A DNA stretch of 64,000 nt, from assembly GCF_001194135.2 (NCBI RefSeq), contig NC_069002.1, positions 34,794,772 to 34,858,771 of the forward strand. Direction: 5' to 3'. The notes under the pieces are model-generated. The model was not told the origin of the DNA. It saw only the letters and a list, made by a program, of their open reading frames with translations, and searched no databases. Shown here one piece after another: positions 62,651-64,000 of this stretch (positions are counted from its first letter, which is position 1; every line of letters starts with the position of its first letter). The translations under genes and the position numbers were made by a program. Origin of the DNA: Octopus bimaculoides. Its lineage: Eukaryota.

Positions 62651-64000
62651 CATTACTATATATGGGCGTAGACTAAACAGTTAACGCTAAGATTTACTTT
62701 ACTACAAACATTCATCCTTAAGGCATTATAAACTTTCATCAGGCAACCTTCAGAGAGCGTGATATATAATTTAAATTTTTTCTCACATGTGCAAAATGAT
62801 TTAGACTCTCGTTATTGTTGATATTCTTTGATAAAACAGACAAATCACAAATTTGGTTCGAGGATAAACAGCCCTGACTTTTTCAGATTTAATGTCATTA
62901 TAATTGCATTATAGTAGATATCCATTCCAGCGTGATAGAATGCAATTTGAAGTAGATTTAGCTGCTAATGTTAGGAGGAAGAGAAACGAGAAAGAGCGTT
63001 AATGACGTCTACTGGAAAACTCGAGAAATTAAAATTCGTGGGGCTGTGCCCTAGAGTGAGCATTGTTCATGTAAACGTTATGTTGGTTTTTGATATTCAT
63101 TCTGTGAGTTTTACTTTTTAGATGTACGTTGCAAGTATGTTGATCACATGATACACGACTTCTTTTGATCTTGGATTTAAAATATCGATAAAAATAACTC
63201 ATTCCCTGATGAAACAGATAAACGAACGCATATCCAGAATAAACATCTCTGATTTTTCAGACAATATGTTCATAACTACATGCTTTATCAGACAAAGTTC
63301 ATAAGAACTGTGAACGCTAGGAATAAGGGTGTGCATGCAAATGCGTATGTTTGTGTGCATGTTTAGTACATGTATGTATATATGAATTATGTTATTTAAA
63401 AAGATCTCAAAGAACGACAAACCGAATATATGTCAGTATGCATTTAAGTGTGTGAGTGCGAAATTCTATGTGTGTGTCTTGTTTATGCTTGCGTTTGTGT
63501 GTACTGTGAGCAAGTATCTATAAAATTATGCTTACTCTGAAAAGGCACCTTTATAATTTTTATAACGTTTTATTGCATACTTTATTGTCATGAGAAATAA
63601 AACACTTTTTTTAAACACCAATAAAATAAACACGTGATATACACTCACAGGTTTAATATACACACTGCAAGAATATTTCAGTTCCCTAATATCCATGCTG
63701 GAAAATGGAAAAAGGTTCATATTCCTGCATTTGAAATCTGACATTTTCACTTAGCATTCCTCTAACTTTCACCCTTCCATTCTTCCGAAGGCAGCGAAAT
63801 ATCAAACTATTAAATCATTTGAAATTGGGAATTACTTTGAGCTGTTTTTTCTTGCCGAGTTTTTTTTTCGCATACAAATATTTTGATTCACAAAACTTTT
63901 TCGAGTCCTTGAAATAGTGCATACGAACCTAAATAAATGTTCTTTAAATGACCAAAATAAGATAAATTATAAATTTGTAATAACAAAAATAGTATAATGA

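Overview
AT-rich eukaryotic DNA with about 22 N gaps totalling roughly 7.4 kb, almost all bordered by microsatellites. It is intronic or intergenic; I found no confidently supported host protein-coding gene, tRNA, rRNA or CRISPR array. The SINE and microsatellite landscape resembles an octopus (coleoid cephalopod) short-read assembly; this is inference from remembered repeat consensus, not a database result. Nearly all ORFs in the supplied track are artefacts of N runs or microsatellites. Content: (1) about 30 copies or fragments of at least three tRNA-derived SINE families, labelled here A, B and C/D; (2) decayed transposon proteins recognised only by manual translation across stops and frameshifts: two Helitron pieces (Pif1-like helicase C-terminus at 0.3-1.3 kb; N-terminus with 23-aa STPR-like repeats and a Cys motif at 47.8-48.3 kb), two hAT Charlie/SPIN-type transposases (32.6-33.8 kb; 61-62.6 kb), a Charlie-type MITE, an I/Jockey-like RT, 3' ends of Hero-like and Dong/R4-like RLE retrotransposons, and a gag/ORF1 zinc knuckle; (3) two copies of a short repeat carrying a hammerhead-ribozyme-like motif; (4) a 154-bp inverted duplication paired with a 32-bp direct repeat, a 1.2-kb (CTT)n tract and several local duplications. 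Boundaries of degenerate elements are approximate.
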